A stretch of DNA of 64,000 bases from Malacoraja senta (Eukaryota): the NCBI GenBank assembly GCA_038087875.1, contig CM075987.1, positions 26,786,001 to 26,850,000 of the forward strand, written 5' to 3'. Shown here piece by piece: positions 1 to 12,195 of the stretch. Every line of letters starts with the position of its first letter. Positions within the stretch are counted from its first letter, which is position 1. A program made the translations under genes and the position numbers. The notes under the pieces are model-generated. The model did no database searches, was not told the DNA's origin, and saw nothing but the letters and a program-made list of their open reading frames with translations.

Positions 1-406
1 GGGTGATCTTATAAAGGTATATAACATTATGAGAGGAATATATCGGGTAGATGCACAGAGTCTCTTGCCCAGAGGAGGTGAATCAAGGTCCAGAGGACAT
101 AGAAACATAGAAACAAAGGCCATGGCTGATATAGTTTTAAGGTGAAGGGGAAAAGATTTAATAGGAATCTGAGGGGTGACTCTTTCACACATAAGGTGGT
201 GGGTGAATGGAACAAGCTGCCAGAGGAGGTAGTTGAGGTTGGGACTATCCCAATATTTATGAAGCAGTTAGACAGGTACATGGATAGGACAGGTTTGGAG
301 GGATATGGACCAAATGGAGGCAGGTGGGACTAGTGTAGCTGGGACATGTTGGCCGATGTGGGCAAGTTGACTCTACGACTCACTCATTGAATCACTCTAT
401 GACTAT
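1..406 (+). mobile_element. CR1 LINE 3' fragment, tail type A (GACTCTAT)
   Basis: ORF2 C-terminus RFNRNLRGDSFTHKVVGEWNKLPEEVV...GYGPNGGRWD* ending at 333, then 3' UTR. Confidence 0.9.
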
Positions 407-761
407 ATTTATTACAGTCAGCCAATATAATGCTGTAACCTTTCTTTCCCACACTTGTAGAAAATTAACCTCCATTATCTAAAGCTAACTGCTGGGTTCT
501 CTGGCAAAGCCCTCCTCCGCCTTAATCCGTTCTCATTTAATCCAAAACTGTGTGAATCAATCTAACGGTCTGGATGACTCAATTAAATCCCTTTGTCCAA
601 CACAAATTATTGATTCCTACATCTAGGCGAAATAAATGAAACATGGTGCTTCTGTGCAGTTACATTGTTCGTAACTACTTTAACTCAGAAAGTGTGATGG
701 AAGGAATGTAGATGCAGTTGTTGATGCTGGATGGAACACAGGCCTTTGGATCTGATGTAGA

Positions 762-1130
762 TGTACAAAATCATGAGGGGAATAGATCGGGTAGATGCAC
801 AGAGACTCTTGCCCAGAGTTGGGGAATCGAGAACCAGAGGGCATATGGATAGGGGGAAGGGGGAAAGATTTAAAAGGTACCTGAGGGGTAACTTTGTCAC
901 ACAGAGGGTGGTGGGTGTAAGGAACAAGCTGCCAGAGGAGGTAGTTGAGCCAGGGAATATCGCAACATTAAGAAACAGTTAGACAGGTGCATGGATAGGA
1001 CAGGTTTAGAGGGATATGGACCAAACACAGGCAGGTGGGACTAGTGTAGATGGGACTTGTTGGCCAGTGTGGGCAAGTTGGGCCGAAGGGCCTGTTTCTA
1101 TGCTGTATCACTCTGTGACTCGATGACTGT
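762..1130 (+). mobile_element. CR1 LINE 3' fragment, type A
   Basis: YKIMRGIDRVDAQRLLPRVGESRTRGH...VRNKLPEEVV; 3' UTR GGGCCGAAGGGCCTGTTT. Confidence 0.9.
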
Positions 1131-1137
1131 ATGGCAC

Positions 1138-1576
1138 TGTGGCAGGCTTTGAAAGCCCGACTGTAATTAGCTTAATTATTTTAATTAGTTTAATTCTAAT
1201 TCTAGCCAGCTGGGAACTGAGTTGAAGCGGGTGAAAGGCATGGCACGCTGGTTAATTAGTGGGCGCGTGGAACATTTCAGTCACTGTGGTGTGTGGGGAA
1301 TGAACTTGCGACCTGGAGGAGGAATGGTCGAGGGCACCGGTCGTGGTGGGAGCTGCCGGCAGAGGTCCAGAGCGTGGCACCGGCGGTCAAGAATGGACCC
1401 CGTGTGGGAACCGCAGGACGGGGCCTCCGAGAACAAAGGAGGACCCGGCTGGGGATAAGTCAGACCTTCCTCACCACTCTATACGTGGTGACTCTTTGCA
1501 CCCCTTGAGTGCGCCAGACCAAGAATTTCACTACGACTTGTCAACCGGGACAATAAAGTATTCATTCATTCATTCC
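1138..1576 (+). mobile_element. GC-rich non-coding retroelement-like sequence with Rex1-type 3' end
   Basis: Ends AATTTCAC...GACAATAAA then (ATTC)n; GAGAACAAAG motif and TCACCAC/GTGGTGA hairpin as in related elements; 5' boundary uncertain. Confidence 0.5.
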
Positions 1577-1667
1577 AATGGGAAAGAGCAGTCCTTCTCT
1601 CTGTGTAGAAAGCTGGAGTAACTCAGCGGGACAGGCAGCATCTCTGGAGAGAAGGACATTGCAAAGA

Positions 1668-2465
1668 TAGAAACATAGACAATAGGTGCAGGAGTAGTCC
1701 ATTCGGCTGATCATCCCCAATCAGTACCCCGTTCCTGCTTTCTCCCCATATCCCTTGATTCCGTTAGCCCTAAGAGCTATATCTAAAGTGCCTGTCCCAC
1801 TATACGAGTTTACCCAAGAGCTCTCCCGAGTTTTAAAAAAAATCAAAATCGTGGTAAGTACGTGGAATGTACGTAGCGGGTACCTCGGAGCTCGGGATGT
1901 CTCTTAGCGGCTCGTAACGCTAACAGCGGGTACTCGGGAAACGCGGTAAGCTCGTGAAGTTTTTTCAACATGTTGAAAAATGTCCACGAGAGCCCCGAGT
2001 ACCTACGAACGGCTATTACCGTAATTCTCCGAGTTCGAATCAGGGGAGACTCGGGAGAACTCTTGAATTACCTCGTACAGCGGGACAGGCCCTTAACTCT
2101 CTCTTGAATACATCCAGGGAATTGGCATCCACTACCTTCTGTGGCAGAGAATTCTAGATTCACAACTCTCTGGATGAAAAAGTTTTTCCTCATCTCAGTC
2201 CTAAATGGCCTACCCCTTATTCTTAAACTCCCCCAACACCGGGAACATTGTTCCTGCATCTGCCCTGTCCAATCCTTTAAGAATGTTATATGTTTCTATA
2301 AGATCCTTTCTCATCCTAAATTCCAGTGAATACAAGCCCAGTCGACCCATTCTTTCATCATATGTCAATCCCGCCATCCCGGGAATTAACCTGGTGAACC
2401 TACGCTGCACCCCCTCAAAAGCACGAATGTCCTTCCGCAAATTAGGAAACCAAAACTGCACTCAA
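1668..2465 (-). mobile_element. CR1 LINE 3' fragment, interrupted by a MITE
   Basis: [28 protein letters not shown]...RTEMRKNFFIQRVVNL. Confidence 0.9.
1787..2093. mobile_element. PIF/Harbinger-type MITE, 307 bp
   Basis: 22-bp TIRs (AGTGCCTGTCCCACTATACGAG versus revcomp AGGGCCTGTCCCGCTGTACGAG); TAA TSD at 1784-1786 and 2094-2096; removing it restores CR1 ATCTAACTCTCTC. Confidence 0.85.
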
Positions 2466-2926
2466 TTCTTCTCTCTCCACATCTTCTATCCTCGGCTTCC
2501 AACAAAACCCTCCCTCTACTTGACGGATAGATAACTGGTGGAAGACTGCCAATATGTTGGCAATGGAGCAGCAGTCTGAAGAAAGGTCTCGACACAAAAA
2601 CGTCACCCATTCCTTCTCTCCAGAGACACTCCATGCGCCGCTGAGTTCCTCCGGCATTTTGTGTCTATCTTCAATCCGTTGGCTGTGGGACAATAACTCT
2701 CCCGCTGCGCCACCCTGCCGCCCAATCGCCAAGTAGCACAGACGCACGTGACAAATCTGAGATGAAGAGAAACTGAACTTTTCCCCTCTCCAAGATACAT
2801 AAGCATTCCTAGCTTTGGATCAATTCGGTTTAGTTTAGAGATACAGCGCGGAATCCGGCCCACCGTGTCCGCACCGACCAGCGATCCCCGCACACTAACA
2901 CTACCCCACACACACTGGCGACAAAT

Positions 2927-3058
2927 CTATATCTCTCGTTTCCCTTTCCCCTGACCCTCACACTGAAGAAGGGTCTCGACCCGAAACGTCACCCATTCCT
3001 TCTCTCCAGAGATGCCGCCTGTCCCGCTGAGTTACTCCAGCATTTTGTGTCTGTCTTC
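2927..3058 (+). mobile_element. Penelope-like terminal-repeat fragment
   Basis: Same sequence follows the GIY-YIG ORF ends at 6489-7027 and 63632-64000. Confidence 0.8.
2963..2990 (+). ncRNA. Minimal hammerhead-ribozyme-like core (GUC variant; representative copy)
   Basis: CTGAAGA-A-GGGT(CTCG)ACCC-GAAAC-GTC; identical at 15018-15045, 31506-31533 and 41833-41860 (-); stem I only 1-2 bp. Confidence 0.6.
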
Positions 3059-3933
3059 AATATGTTTGCAGTCAAGGCTGATTGTGATATCTGGCCCTAG
3101 AGGCACAGCGCGACAGATGATACACAATGTAAAACAAATAAAAAGATCGTTATACATTAGTGATGGAGAGCCAGGGATTGAGTAGACTTTGCTTTCCTCT
3201 CCTGAGTGGACTTAAATTGAAAAAACGGAAAAGTCCATTTAGCAAAAGAAGACGTTATTTTGACAACAGAGAGCATTTTCTCGTCGTTTAGTGGTTTATT
3301 TAATTCTGGCAAGTATTTTGTTTTACATATTAGATTGTGCTTTAATGTTTAACTTGAACAGGTCTGGAGGTCTGATGCAGTTTGTCAATTTTAAGTGGAT
3401 ATATTTTGGCATTTATTCCTGCAGTTTGTGTGTCCTCAATCTTCCATTAAGATTGGTGAGCGGGATAGTGGAGTGACCCTGGGAAGTCATACATCCATTA
3501 GCACACACAGACTGCCTCTTGAATGCCATCAGATTGTGGTTACAAACTCCCAGGGGACGGTTAACCACAAAATCCCATGTTAATCCTTCCTCATTACTCA
3601 GACCAAATCTAAAACAGCCTGTCCCCAGTAGGTTTCTAACCTACTGCAGGGAACCAGGGAACAGCATGCAGTGTGGCCACAGTGACAAACTGGCTTCACC
3701 TGATCTGGAGATTTTGAGACACAACAGGCCCTTCGGCCCACCGAGTCCGTGCCAACCAGCAATCCCCGCACACCAGCCTCATCCTACTCCACAAGGACAA
3801 TTTACAATTTTATCTAGGCCAATTGACCTACAAACCTGCACGTCTTTGGAGCGTGGGAGGAGACCGGAGCACCTGGAGAAAACCCACGCAGTCACAGGGT
3901 ACAAGGCTCCGTACAGACAGAATCAAACCCGGG

Positions 3934-4235
3934 TTTAGTTTAGAGATACAACGCGGAAACAGGCTCTTTGGCCCACCAAGTCCGCGCCGACTAGCGATCA
4001 CCCCGTACACTAGCGTCATTCTACACATAATTCACGATCTTTGATCAAAGCCAATTAACCTACAAACCTGCACGTCTTTGGAGTGTGGGTGGGGAACTGG
4101 AGCACCCGGAGAAAACCCACGCAGGTCACGGGGAGAACGTACAAACTCCGTACAGACAGCACCCGTAGTCAGGATCGAACCCGGGTCTCTGGCGCTGTGA
4201 GGCAGCAACTCTACCGCTGCGCCACCGTGCCGTCC
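3934..4235 (-). mobile_element. HE1-like tRNA-derived V-SINE
   Basis: Box A TGGCGCAGCGG, box B GGTTCGATCC, central GGAGTTTGTACGTTCTCCCCGTGACCTGCGTGGG, CR1-like 3' end, (AAACT)n tail. Confidence 0.9.
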
Positions 4236-4492
4236 CAATGGGCGGAGGTGGAGGAAACCTCATCTGAAACCAATCCCAGATCATCCTCCAGAATACACTT
4301 GCCAGTTTGATTCATTCAATCAATTTGTCAGTTGCTATTTCCTGTGTTTTAATGAAGTTCCATTCAAACATTACCTAGATATTTCTCCAGTTATGCTGCA
4401 TCATATCGACTAGTCACATTTTGAGGTGGACAACATGGAAACTGGCCCTTCAGCCCATCTCACCAACGCCCACCAATGAGCCTAAGAGCCAA

Positions 4493-4733
4493 AGGTACAC
4501 AAAAATGCTGGAGAAACTCAGCGGGTGCAGCAGCATTTATGGAGCGGAGGAAATAGGCAACGTTTCGGGCTGAAACCCGTAGGAAATAGGCAATGTTTCG
4601 GGCCGAAACCCAAAGGGTTTCGGGCCGAAACGTTGCCTATTTCCTTCGCTCCATAGATGCTGCTGCTCCCGCTGAGTTTCTCCAGCATTTTTGTGTACCT
4701 TCGATTTTCCAGCATCTGCAGTTCCTTCTTTAA
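4493..4733. mobile_element. Penelope-derived fold-back mini-element
   Basis: Inverted arms centred on hammerhead stem II; 12-bp TSD CCTAAGAGCCAA at 4481-4492 and 4734-4745. Confidence 0.8.
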
Positions 4734-4842
4734 CCTAAGAGCCAACCCTCCTCATTCCCACATTACCATTAAGTTGAAGATAGACGCAAAATGCTGGAGT
4801 AACTCAGCGGGACGGGCATCATCTCTGGATGGATGAAATGGT

Positions 4843-5380
4843 TCAGTTCAGTGTGGTTTATTGTCACATGTACCGAGGTACAGTGAAAAGCTTTTGTTGC
4901 GTGCTAACCAGTCAGCGGAAGGACAATACATGATTACAATTTATCTATTTACAATGTATAGATACATGATAAGGGAATAACGTTTAGTGCAAGGTAAAGC
5001 CAGCAGCTTAGTCCGAGGGTCACCAAAGAGGTAGATAGTAGTTCAAGACTGCTCTCTGGTTGTGGTAGGATGATTCAGTCGCCTGATAACAGCTGGGAAG
5101 AAACTGTCCCTGAATCTGGAGGTGTGCATTTTCACACTTCTGTACCTTTTGCCCGATGGGAGAGGAGAGAAGAGGGAGTGGCCGGGGTGCGACTCGTCCT
5201 TGATAATGCTGCTGGCGTTGCCGAGGCAGCGTGAGTTATAAATGGAGTCAATGGAAGGGAGGTTGGTTTGTGTGATGGTCTGGGCTGCGTCCACAATGCG
5301 TTGCAATTTCTTCAGCCTTGGATTAGTGCTGCTCCCAAAACAAGCTGTGATGCATCCTGATAAAATGCTTTCTCTGGTGC
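4843..5380 (-). mobile_element. Rex1/Babar LINE 3' fragment
   Basis: QRIVDAAQTITQTNLPSIDSIYNSRC...HPGHSLFSPLPSGKRYRS...RFRDSFFPAVIR; 3' end TGTACC-TC-GGTACA...TGACAATAAA. Confidence 0.85.
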
Positions 5381-5907
5381 GGAAGACTCTGAAGAAGGGT
5401 CTTGACCTGAAACGTCACCCATTCCTTCTCTCCAGAGATGCTGCCTGTCCCGCTGAGTTACTCCAGCACTTTGTGTCTATCTTTGGTGTAAACCAGCATC
5501 TGCAGTTCCCTCCTACGCATCACCTTTAAGATGAACTTGAACTGTGGTTTGGTTTAAACTAAAGTATTATTCTATCTTTAACATTTATCCAGATCTTTAT
5601 TCTTTGCTAATTGCCTACTCTCATTGCACTTCCTACAAGAGCAGAATGTAATCATTTTGTTCAATTGTATTCCGCTCTGTATCACGTCGGTATTTCTCTT
5701 CATGTAACTGAGACAACTTTTGTTTCTCCTGTCACCAATTGTACTTCTACCGTACAGGAATAATGATCCCCATTGTTACACACTATTATCTAAGGCTGCA
5801 TAGTTTCCATTGTTGCCACATAAGCACTCAATACTGCCAAGGTGCATCACATCACAACAGCCGGATTCTACCCAAATCACGATCACGTACAGGAAAGATT
5901 TGATCCT

Positions 5908-6440
5908 AGTTTAGTTTAGAGACAAACAGCACGGAAACAGGTCCCTCGGCCCACCGAGTCCGCTCAGACCAGCATTCCCTGCACACTAGCACTATCCTGC
6001 ACACACCTGGGACAATTTACACTTAATACCAAGCCAATTAACCTACAAACCTGCTGGAGAAACGCAGCGGGTGAGGCAGCATCTATGGAGCGAAGGAAAT
6101 AGGCAACGTTTCGGGTCGAGACCCTTCTTCAAGTCTGAAGGAGAGTTTCGACCCGAAACGTTGCCTATTTCCTTCGCTCCATAGATGCTGCCTCACCCGC
6201 TGAGTTTCTCCAGCATTTTTGTCTACCTTCGATTTTCCAGCATCTGCAGTTCCTTCTTAAACAACCTACAAACCTGTACGTCTTTGGAGTGTGGGAGGAA
6301 ACTGCAGCACCCGGAGAAAACCCACGCAGGTCACGGGGAGAACGTACAAGCTCCGTACAGACAGCACCCGTAGTCGGGAGTGAACCGGGTCTCTGGCGCT
6401 GTGAGGCAGCAACTCTACCGCTGCACCACCGTGCCGCCCT
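5908..6440 (-). mobile_element. HE1-like V-SINE with nested Penelope mini-element
   Basis: SINE split at AACCTACAAACCTG. Confidence 0.85.
6054..6262. mobile_element. Penelope-derived fold-back mini-element
   Basis: 14-bp TSD AACCTACAAACCTG at 6040-6053 and 6263-6276; arms pivot at CTTCTTCAAGTCTGAAG. Confidence 0.8.
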
Positions 6441-6488
6441 CTACTGAAATAATCATTGCTTGCTCACAAAAGAGAATGCTATAAAAGG

Positions 6489-7027
6489 AAGATAGACGCA
6501 AAATGCTCGAGTAACTCAGCGGGACAGGCAGCATCTCTGGAGAGAAGGAATGGGTGACGTTTCGGGTCGAGACCCTGCTTCAGACTAGTTAGGGGAAAGG
6601 GAAACGAGAGATATAGACAGTGATGTAGAGAGATAAAGAACATTGAATTAAAGATATGCATAAATGTGATGATAATAAAGGAATCAGGCCATTGTTAACT
6701 GTTTGCTGGGTGAGAACGAGAAGCTGGTGCGACTTGGGTGGGGGAGGGATGGTGAGAGAGGGAATGCAGGGGTTACTTGAAGTTAGAGAAATCAATATTC
6801 ATACCACTGGGGTGTAAGCTGCCCAAGCGAAATATGAGATGCTGTTCCTCCAATTTGCGCTGGGCCTCACTCTGACAATGGAGGAGGCCCAGGACAGAAA
6901 GGTCAGTGTGGGAATGGGAGGGGGAGTTAAAGTGTTTCGCAACCGGGATATCAGGTAGGTTTAGGCAGACTGAGCGGAGGTGTTCAGCAAAGCAATCGCC
7001 GAGCCTGCACTTGGTCTCTCCGATATA
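6489..7027 (-). mobile_element. Penelope-like element 3' part: GIY-YIG endonuclease C-terminus plus terminal repeat
   Basis: Open frame 7027-6773 (hand-translated): YIGETKCRLGDCFAEHLRSV...PVAKHFNSPSH...RKLEEQHLIFRLGSLHPSGMNIDFSNFK*. Confidence 0.9.
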
Positions 7028-8199
7028 TCTAAGGCTGCATTGTTTCTATTGTTTAGGAAGGAACTGCAGATGCTGGTTTAAACCGAAGATAGACATAGTT
7101 GTTACATAATCGCTCAATACCGCCAAGATGCATCGCACCACAAAACACCGGTGCTACTACAGGAAGGTGCACGCAAATTAGACCTATTGGACTAATCGTT
7201 GCATGTGCACAAAAGGGAGTGTTACCACACTTCCGCACTCTCTCTTTATGGCGATTTCACCTCAGAATTCCATAAGAGCAGTGGCATTCACAATTGTAAT
7301 TTCTATTGAATTTGGCACAACCTCGCACACTTAATGTCATACAACACAGAAACAGGTCCATCAGCCCAACTTGTCCACGCAGTCCAAGATGCTCCATCTA
7401 CATCCAAACCTTTCTAAGCCATGCATCTTCATAGGTTCAAAAGTTGAGGTGATAGGAACCTTTGTTCATGCTTTAGTCTCTCCTCACCTCCGCAGAACAA
7501 AGGCATGGCATGAAACGCAGCTCTCTGGCCCAGTTCCAATGCCTCTACAGAGCTCCAATGATTCTCACCCTGAGTGCACTGACAATAGAAGTCGTTACGA
7601 TTACTCTTCAGCACCGCGCCAGAACAGATCCAGGCCGTGCTTGCTTGTTACATCGTAAAGAGAGGCAATCATTTTCCTTTCAGATGTTTTTTTTTTCCAG
7701 GCTGTCCCCTGAATGTTTGCCATCATTAAAGTAATTTTGAAGCACAGTTTTTCCTCTCAGAAGTATGAGAATGGCCAGGCTGTTTCGGTATAATGTGGTT
7801 TAAACATTGGCCAAGTGATCAAGGATGGCTTGTGTGGGAAGGAGCTGCAGATGCTGGTTTAAACCCAAGATAGACACCAAAAGCTGGAGTAACTCAGCGG
7901 GACCCTCTGAGGAAGGGTCTCGACCCGAAACGTCACCCATTCCTTCTCGCCAGCGATGCTGCCTGTCCGGCTGAGTTACTCCAGCATCTTGTGTTGGTCA
8001 AGGGGGGGCTTTTGGACTCGACTTTGAAGATACAGTGGATATTTTATTTCTACTTGAGAGAGTAAGCGGGTTTAGGGTTAACATGACCACCAAACGATGA
8101 AATCTCCGGCAGTTTAGTTTAATTTAATTTAGCTTAGCTTAGTTACACGTGTGAGTATAATAGGACAGCACATTGGCACAGCGGTAGAGTCCCTTCTGA

Positions 8200-8450
8200 C
8201 CTTATAACCTTATATAAGATCATAAGATCACAAGTGATAGGAGTAGAATTTGGCCATTCGGCCCATCAAGTCTACTCCGCCATTCAATCATGGCTGATCT
8301 ATCTCTCCCTCCTAACCCTATTTTCCTGCCTTCTCCCCGTAAACTCTGACACCCGTACTAATCAAGAATCTATCTATCTCTGCCTTAAATATATACACTG
8401 ACCTGGCCTCCACCGCCTTCTGTGGCAAAGAATTCCACAGGTTCACCACT
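8200..8450 (-). mobile_element. CR1 LINE 3' end, type D (CTTATGA tail)
   Basis: Matches the GVRGYGEKAGEWG-type end and its 3' UTR seen in other copies. Confidence 0.85.
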
Positions 8451-8657
8451 ACAGATTTGAAATGGTAATGTTTTGTTTTCTACATAAACTAAATAAACCT
8501 TGACCACTTTTGAATACATATTTACTGTGCCTCAATGCACGTTGAAATCATTAAAGGCATCCTACCGTCAGACCACAGGTTATGTTTTTTTACATAATAA
8601 AACAGTCTAGTTCGTGCAGCTTTGACAGAATCCAACAGGTTTAATTTGGGCAGAGCA

Positions 8658-9041
8658 GGAACTTCAAGCAACCCTTGCTTTCCCTCTCTCTCCGTCCCTC
8701 GCCCACCCTAGTCATTGTACTAGTTTCACTGTCGTACCGTTGAGTTTCGTTGTCTGTGTCCACTCCTTATCACCTAGCCCACAGCCAACAATGGACCATT
8801 GTGGGCTCCACATTTCTTAGACCATCGTTACTTTCTGCGCATCTTTCATTCATTAGTTCTATATCTCTCTACATCACCGTCTCTACCTCTCGTTTCCCTT
8901 TCCCCCTGACTCTCAGTCTGAAAAAGGGTCTCGACTTCAAATGTCGCCTTTTCTCCAGAGGTGCTGCCTGTCCCGCTGAGTTACTCCAGTTTTTTGTGCC
9001 TATCCTCGGTTTAAACCAACATCTGCGCTTCCTTCCTACAC
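8658..9041 (+). mobile_element. Penelope-like 3' UTR and terminal repeat
   Basis: AACTTCAAG ORF end, then the repeat with a degenerate hammerhead core. Confidence 0.8.
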
Positions 9042-9112
9042 GGGAATACATTAAGACGTTAAGATAAAGATCAAGAGTAGTTGCGTAAAGAAAGAGAATG
9101 TTAAAACCACAG

Positions 9113-9513
9113 CTGGGACTCTATTCCTTGGAGCGCAGGAGGATGAGGGACGATCTTATAGAGGTGTATAAAATCATGAGAGGAATATATAGGGTAAATG
9201 CACAGAGTCTCTTGCCCAGTAGTGGAATCGAGGACCAGCGGACATAGGTTTAAGGTGAAGGCGGACAGATTTAATGGGAATCTGAAAAGTAATCTTTTTA
9301 CACAAAGTGTGGTGGGTGTATGGAACAAGCTGCCAGAGGAGGTAGTCGAGGCTGGGACTATCACAACATTTAAGAAACATTTATACAGGTTCAGATTGAG
9401 AGGGATATGGGCCAAACGCAGGCAGGTGGAACCAGTGTAGCAAGGGCATGTTGGTCAGTGTGGGCAAGGTGGGCCATGGGGCCTGTTACCACGCTGTATC
9501 TCTCTATGACTCT
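9113..9513 (+). mobile_element. CR1 LINE 3' fragment, type A
   Basis: ESRTSGHRFKVK...FTQSVVGVWNKLPEEVVEAG; CTCTATGACTCT tail. Confidence 0.9.
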
Positions 9514-9531
9514 AATAGATGGAAGAACAAT

Positions 9532-9775
9532 GTCATAAGGTCATAAGTGATAGGAGTAGAATTAGGCCATTCGGCCCATCAAGTCTACTCCGCCATTCAA
9601 TCATGGCTGATCTATCTCTCCCTCCTAACCCCATTCTCCTGCCTTCTCCCCATAACCCCTGACACCCGTACTAATCAAGAATCTATCCATCTCTGCCTTA
9701 AAAATATCCATTTACTTGGCCTCCACCGCATTCTGTGGCAATGAGTTCCACAGATTCACCACCCTCTGACTAAAG
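9532..9775 (-). mobile_element. CR1 LINE 3' end, type D
   Basis: TCATAAG repeats of the tail on the + strand, plus 3' UTR. Confidence 0.85.
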
Positions 9776-9789
9776 ATGAAAGAATGAAT

Positions 9790-10730
9790 CATAGAAACAT
9801 AGAAAAAATAGGTGCAGGAGTAGGCCATTCGGCTCTTCGAGCCAGCACCGCCATTCAATATGATCATGGCTAATCATCTAAAATCAGTACCCCGTTCCTG
9901 CTTTCTCCCCATATCCCTTGATTCCTTTAGCCCCAAGAGCTAAATCTATCTCTCTCTTGAAAATATCCAATGAATTGGCCTCCACTGCCTTCTGTGGCAG
10001 AGAATTCCACAGGTTCACAACTTTCTGGGTGAAGAAGTTTTTCCTCATCTCAGTCCTAAATTCTTAAACTGTGACCCCTGGTTCTGGACTCCCCCAACAT
10101 GGGGAACATTTTTCCTGCATCTAGCCTGTCCAATCCTTATATGTTTCTATATGATCAGCTCTCATCCTTCTAAATTCCAGTGAATACAAGCCCAGTCGAC
10201 CCATTCTTTCATCATATACGTCAGTCCCGCCATCCCGGGAATTAACCTGGTGAACCTACGCTGCACTCCCTCAATAGCAAGAATGTTCTTCCTCAAATTA
10301 GGTGCCCAAAATTGCACACAATACTCCAGGTGCAGTCTCACCAGGGCCCTATTGGACCTCCTTGCTCCCAAACTCAAATCCTCTCGCAAAGAAGGCCAAC
10401 ATGCCATTAGCTTTCTTCACTGCCTGCTGTACCTGTATGTTTACTTTCAGTGACTGATGTACAAGCACACCCAGGTCTCATTTCACCTCCCCTTTTCCTA
10501 ATCTAACACCATTCAGATAATAATCTGCCTTCCTGTTCTTGCCAACAAAGTTGATACCATTTATCTACATTATACTGCATCTGCCATACATCTGCCCACT
10601 CACCCAACCTATCCAAGTCACTCTACAGCCTCATAGCATCCTCATCGCAGCTCACACTGCCACCCAGCTTTGTGTCATCCGCAAACATGGAGATGTCACA
10701 TTTAATTCCCTCATCTAAATCGTTAATATA
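9790..10730 (-). mobile_element. CR1 LINE fragment reaching the RT catalytic motif, type B (TTTCTATG tail)
   Basis: INDLDEGIKCDISMFADDTKLGG at about 10730-10660; [19 protein letters not shown]; disrupted frame. Confidence 0.9.
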
Positions 10731-11688
10731 CATTGAATATATGTATGTAGGATGTACATACGTTAATATACCTCCTCATCTCCTTCCTAAAGGAACGTCC
10801 TGTAATTCTGAGGCTATGACCTCTGGTCCTGGACTCTCCCACTAGTGGAAACATCCTCGCCACATCCATAAGAGAGGGGTTATAATATATTCACGTACCC
10901 TATTAACAAAAACTATTTTCTCATGGTATATAGAAAACACTGGGAGTTTACTCATAACTCGAATCAATCAGTGAAATCCATTTTTAGGAGCGGACTTTAA
11001 TGTGCAAGTTTTAATACATCACACGCTGGGAGAATAAAGCAAAAGATGAATTTCAATTAGAAAACGTTACCAAATATTAACCCGCTGCTTTTCTTTCGGA
11101 AAGTTTTCGGAACGCGTGATCCTTATTCACACTTCCTCCCTCTGTCATTCCCATTAACAGTATACACTCTTTTGGCTTTTTTTTTTTGCAAGCTCAGCGG
11201 AAAAGCAGAGCCATGTTTGAGTGCTGATGGTGTATAATCGCAAGAGAAGATGGCAGATCGCGTTTGATTAAAGTCCGCGATGAAACGGCAGATATGGAAG
11301 CTGCATTTGATGGCGGCAACCCACGACACCTTCAAAGTTAACAAGTAATCTCCATAAGCTTTAACTTTTTAAGCGGATTATGTACGCGCTGGAAAGCTGA
11401 ATTGACTATATCGCTGGCAGCCAAAATAAACAACTGTCTGAGAAATGTGGGGAAAACTGCACAAAATGCACAATTGAAACGAACAAAGATAAAAGAGATG
11501 GGACATTTTGGCAAATAAGAACCAAAGGGCAAATGCAGATTTGTTTTTAAATGTGATAGGCTGTAATCTGAATGTCTGAAATGTCGGTGGAGAACCATTC
11601 AGCAGCAACTTTCACAACTGTGTTCAATAAAATAGCAGAGAGGGGGAAATATTGCGAGCTCGGGGTCAAAGAGAAGGAGAATGCAACT

Positions 11689-11883
11689 TGTGCAGGAAGG
11701 AACTGCAGATGCTGGTTTAAGCCGAAGATAGACACAAAAAGCTGGAGAAAATTAACTCGTCAGGACAGGCAGCATCTCTGGAGAGAAGGAATGGGTAAGG
11801 GACTCCACCCCGAAACGTCAACCCATTCCTTCTCTCCAGAGATGCTGCCTGTCCTGCTGAGTTACTCCAGCTTTTAGCGTCTA
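11689..11883. mobile_element. Penelope-derived fold-back fragment
   Basis: Inverted arms; imperfect flanking repeat AATG(C/G)AACTTGTG(C/T)AGGA. Confidence 0.7.
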
Positions 11884-11924
11884 TGAATGGAACTTGTGTA
11901 GGACCATTTAGACAAACTGGAGCC

Positions 11925-12195
11925 GCAGCCTTGCAGCGACAGAGACCCGGGTTCGATCCTGACTTTGGGTGCTGTCTGTATGGAGTGGGTACGTTTTCCC
12001 AGTAACCGCGTGGGTTTTCTCCAGGTGCTCCGGTTTCCTCCCACTCTCTAAAGACGTACAGGTTTGTAGGTTAATTGGCTTTGGGGGGGGATTTGTAAAC
12101 TGCCCCTAGTGTGTTCTATAGTGCTAGTTTAGTTTACTAGTGTATGTGGATCGCTGGTCGGCATGGACTCTGTAGGGCGAAAGGCCTATTTTCAC
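11925..12195 (+). mobile_element. HE1-like V-SINE
   Basis: Box B and central V domain. Confidence 0.85.

Noticed and set aside
4150..4235. tRNA genes suggested by box A and box B motifs
   Set aside because: These are SINE heads, always joined to the V domain; no complete cloverleaf seen
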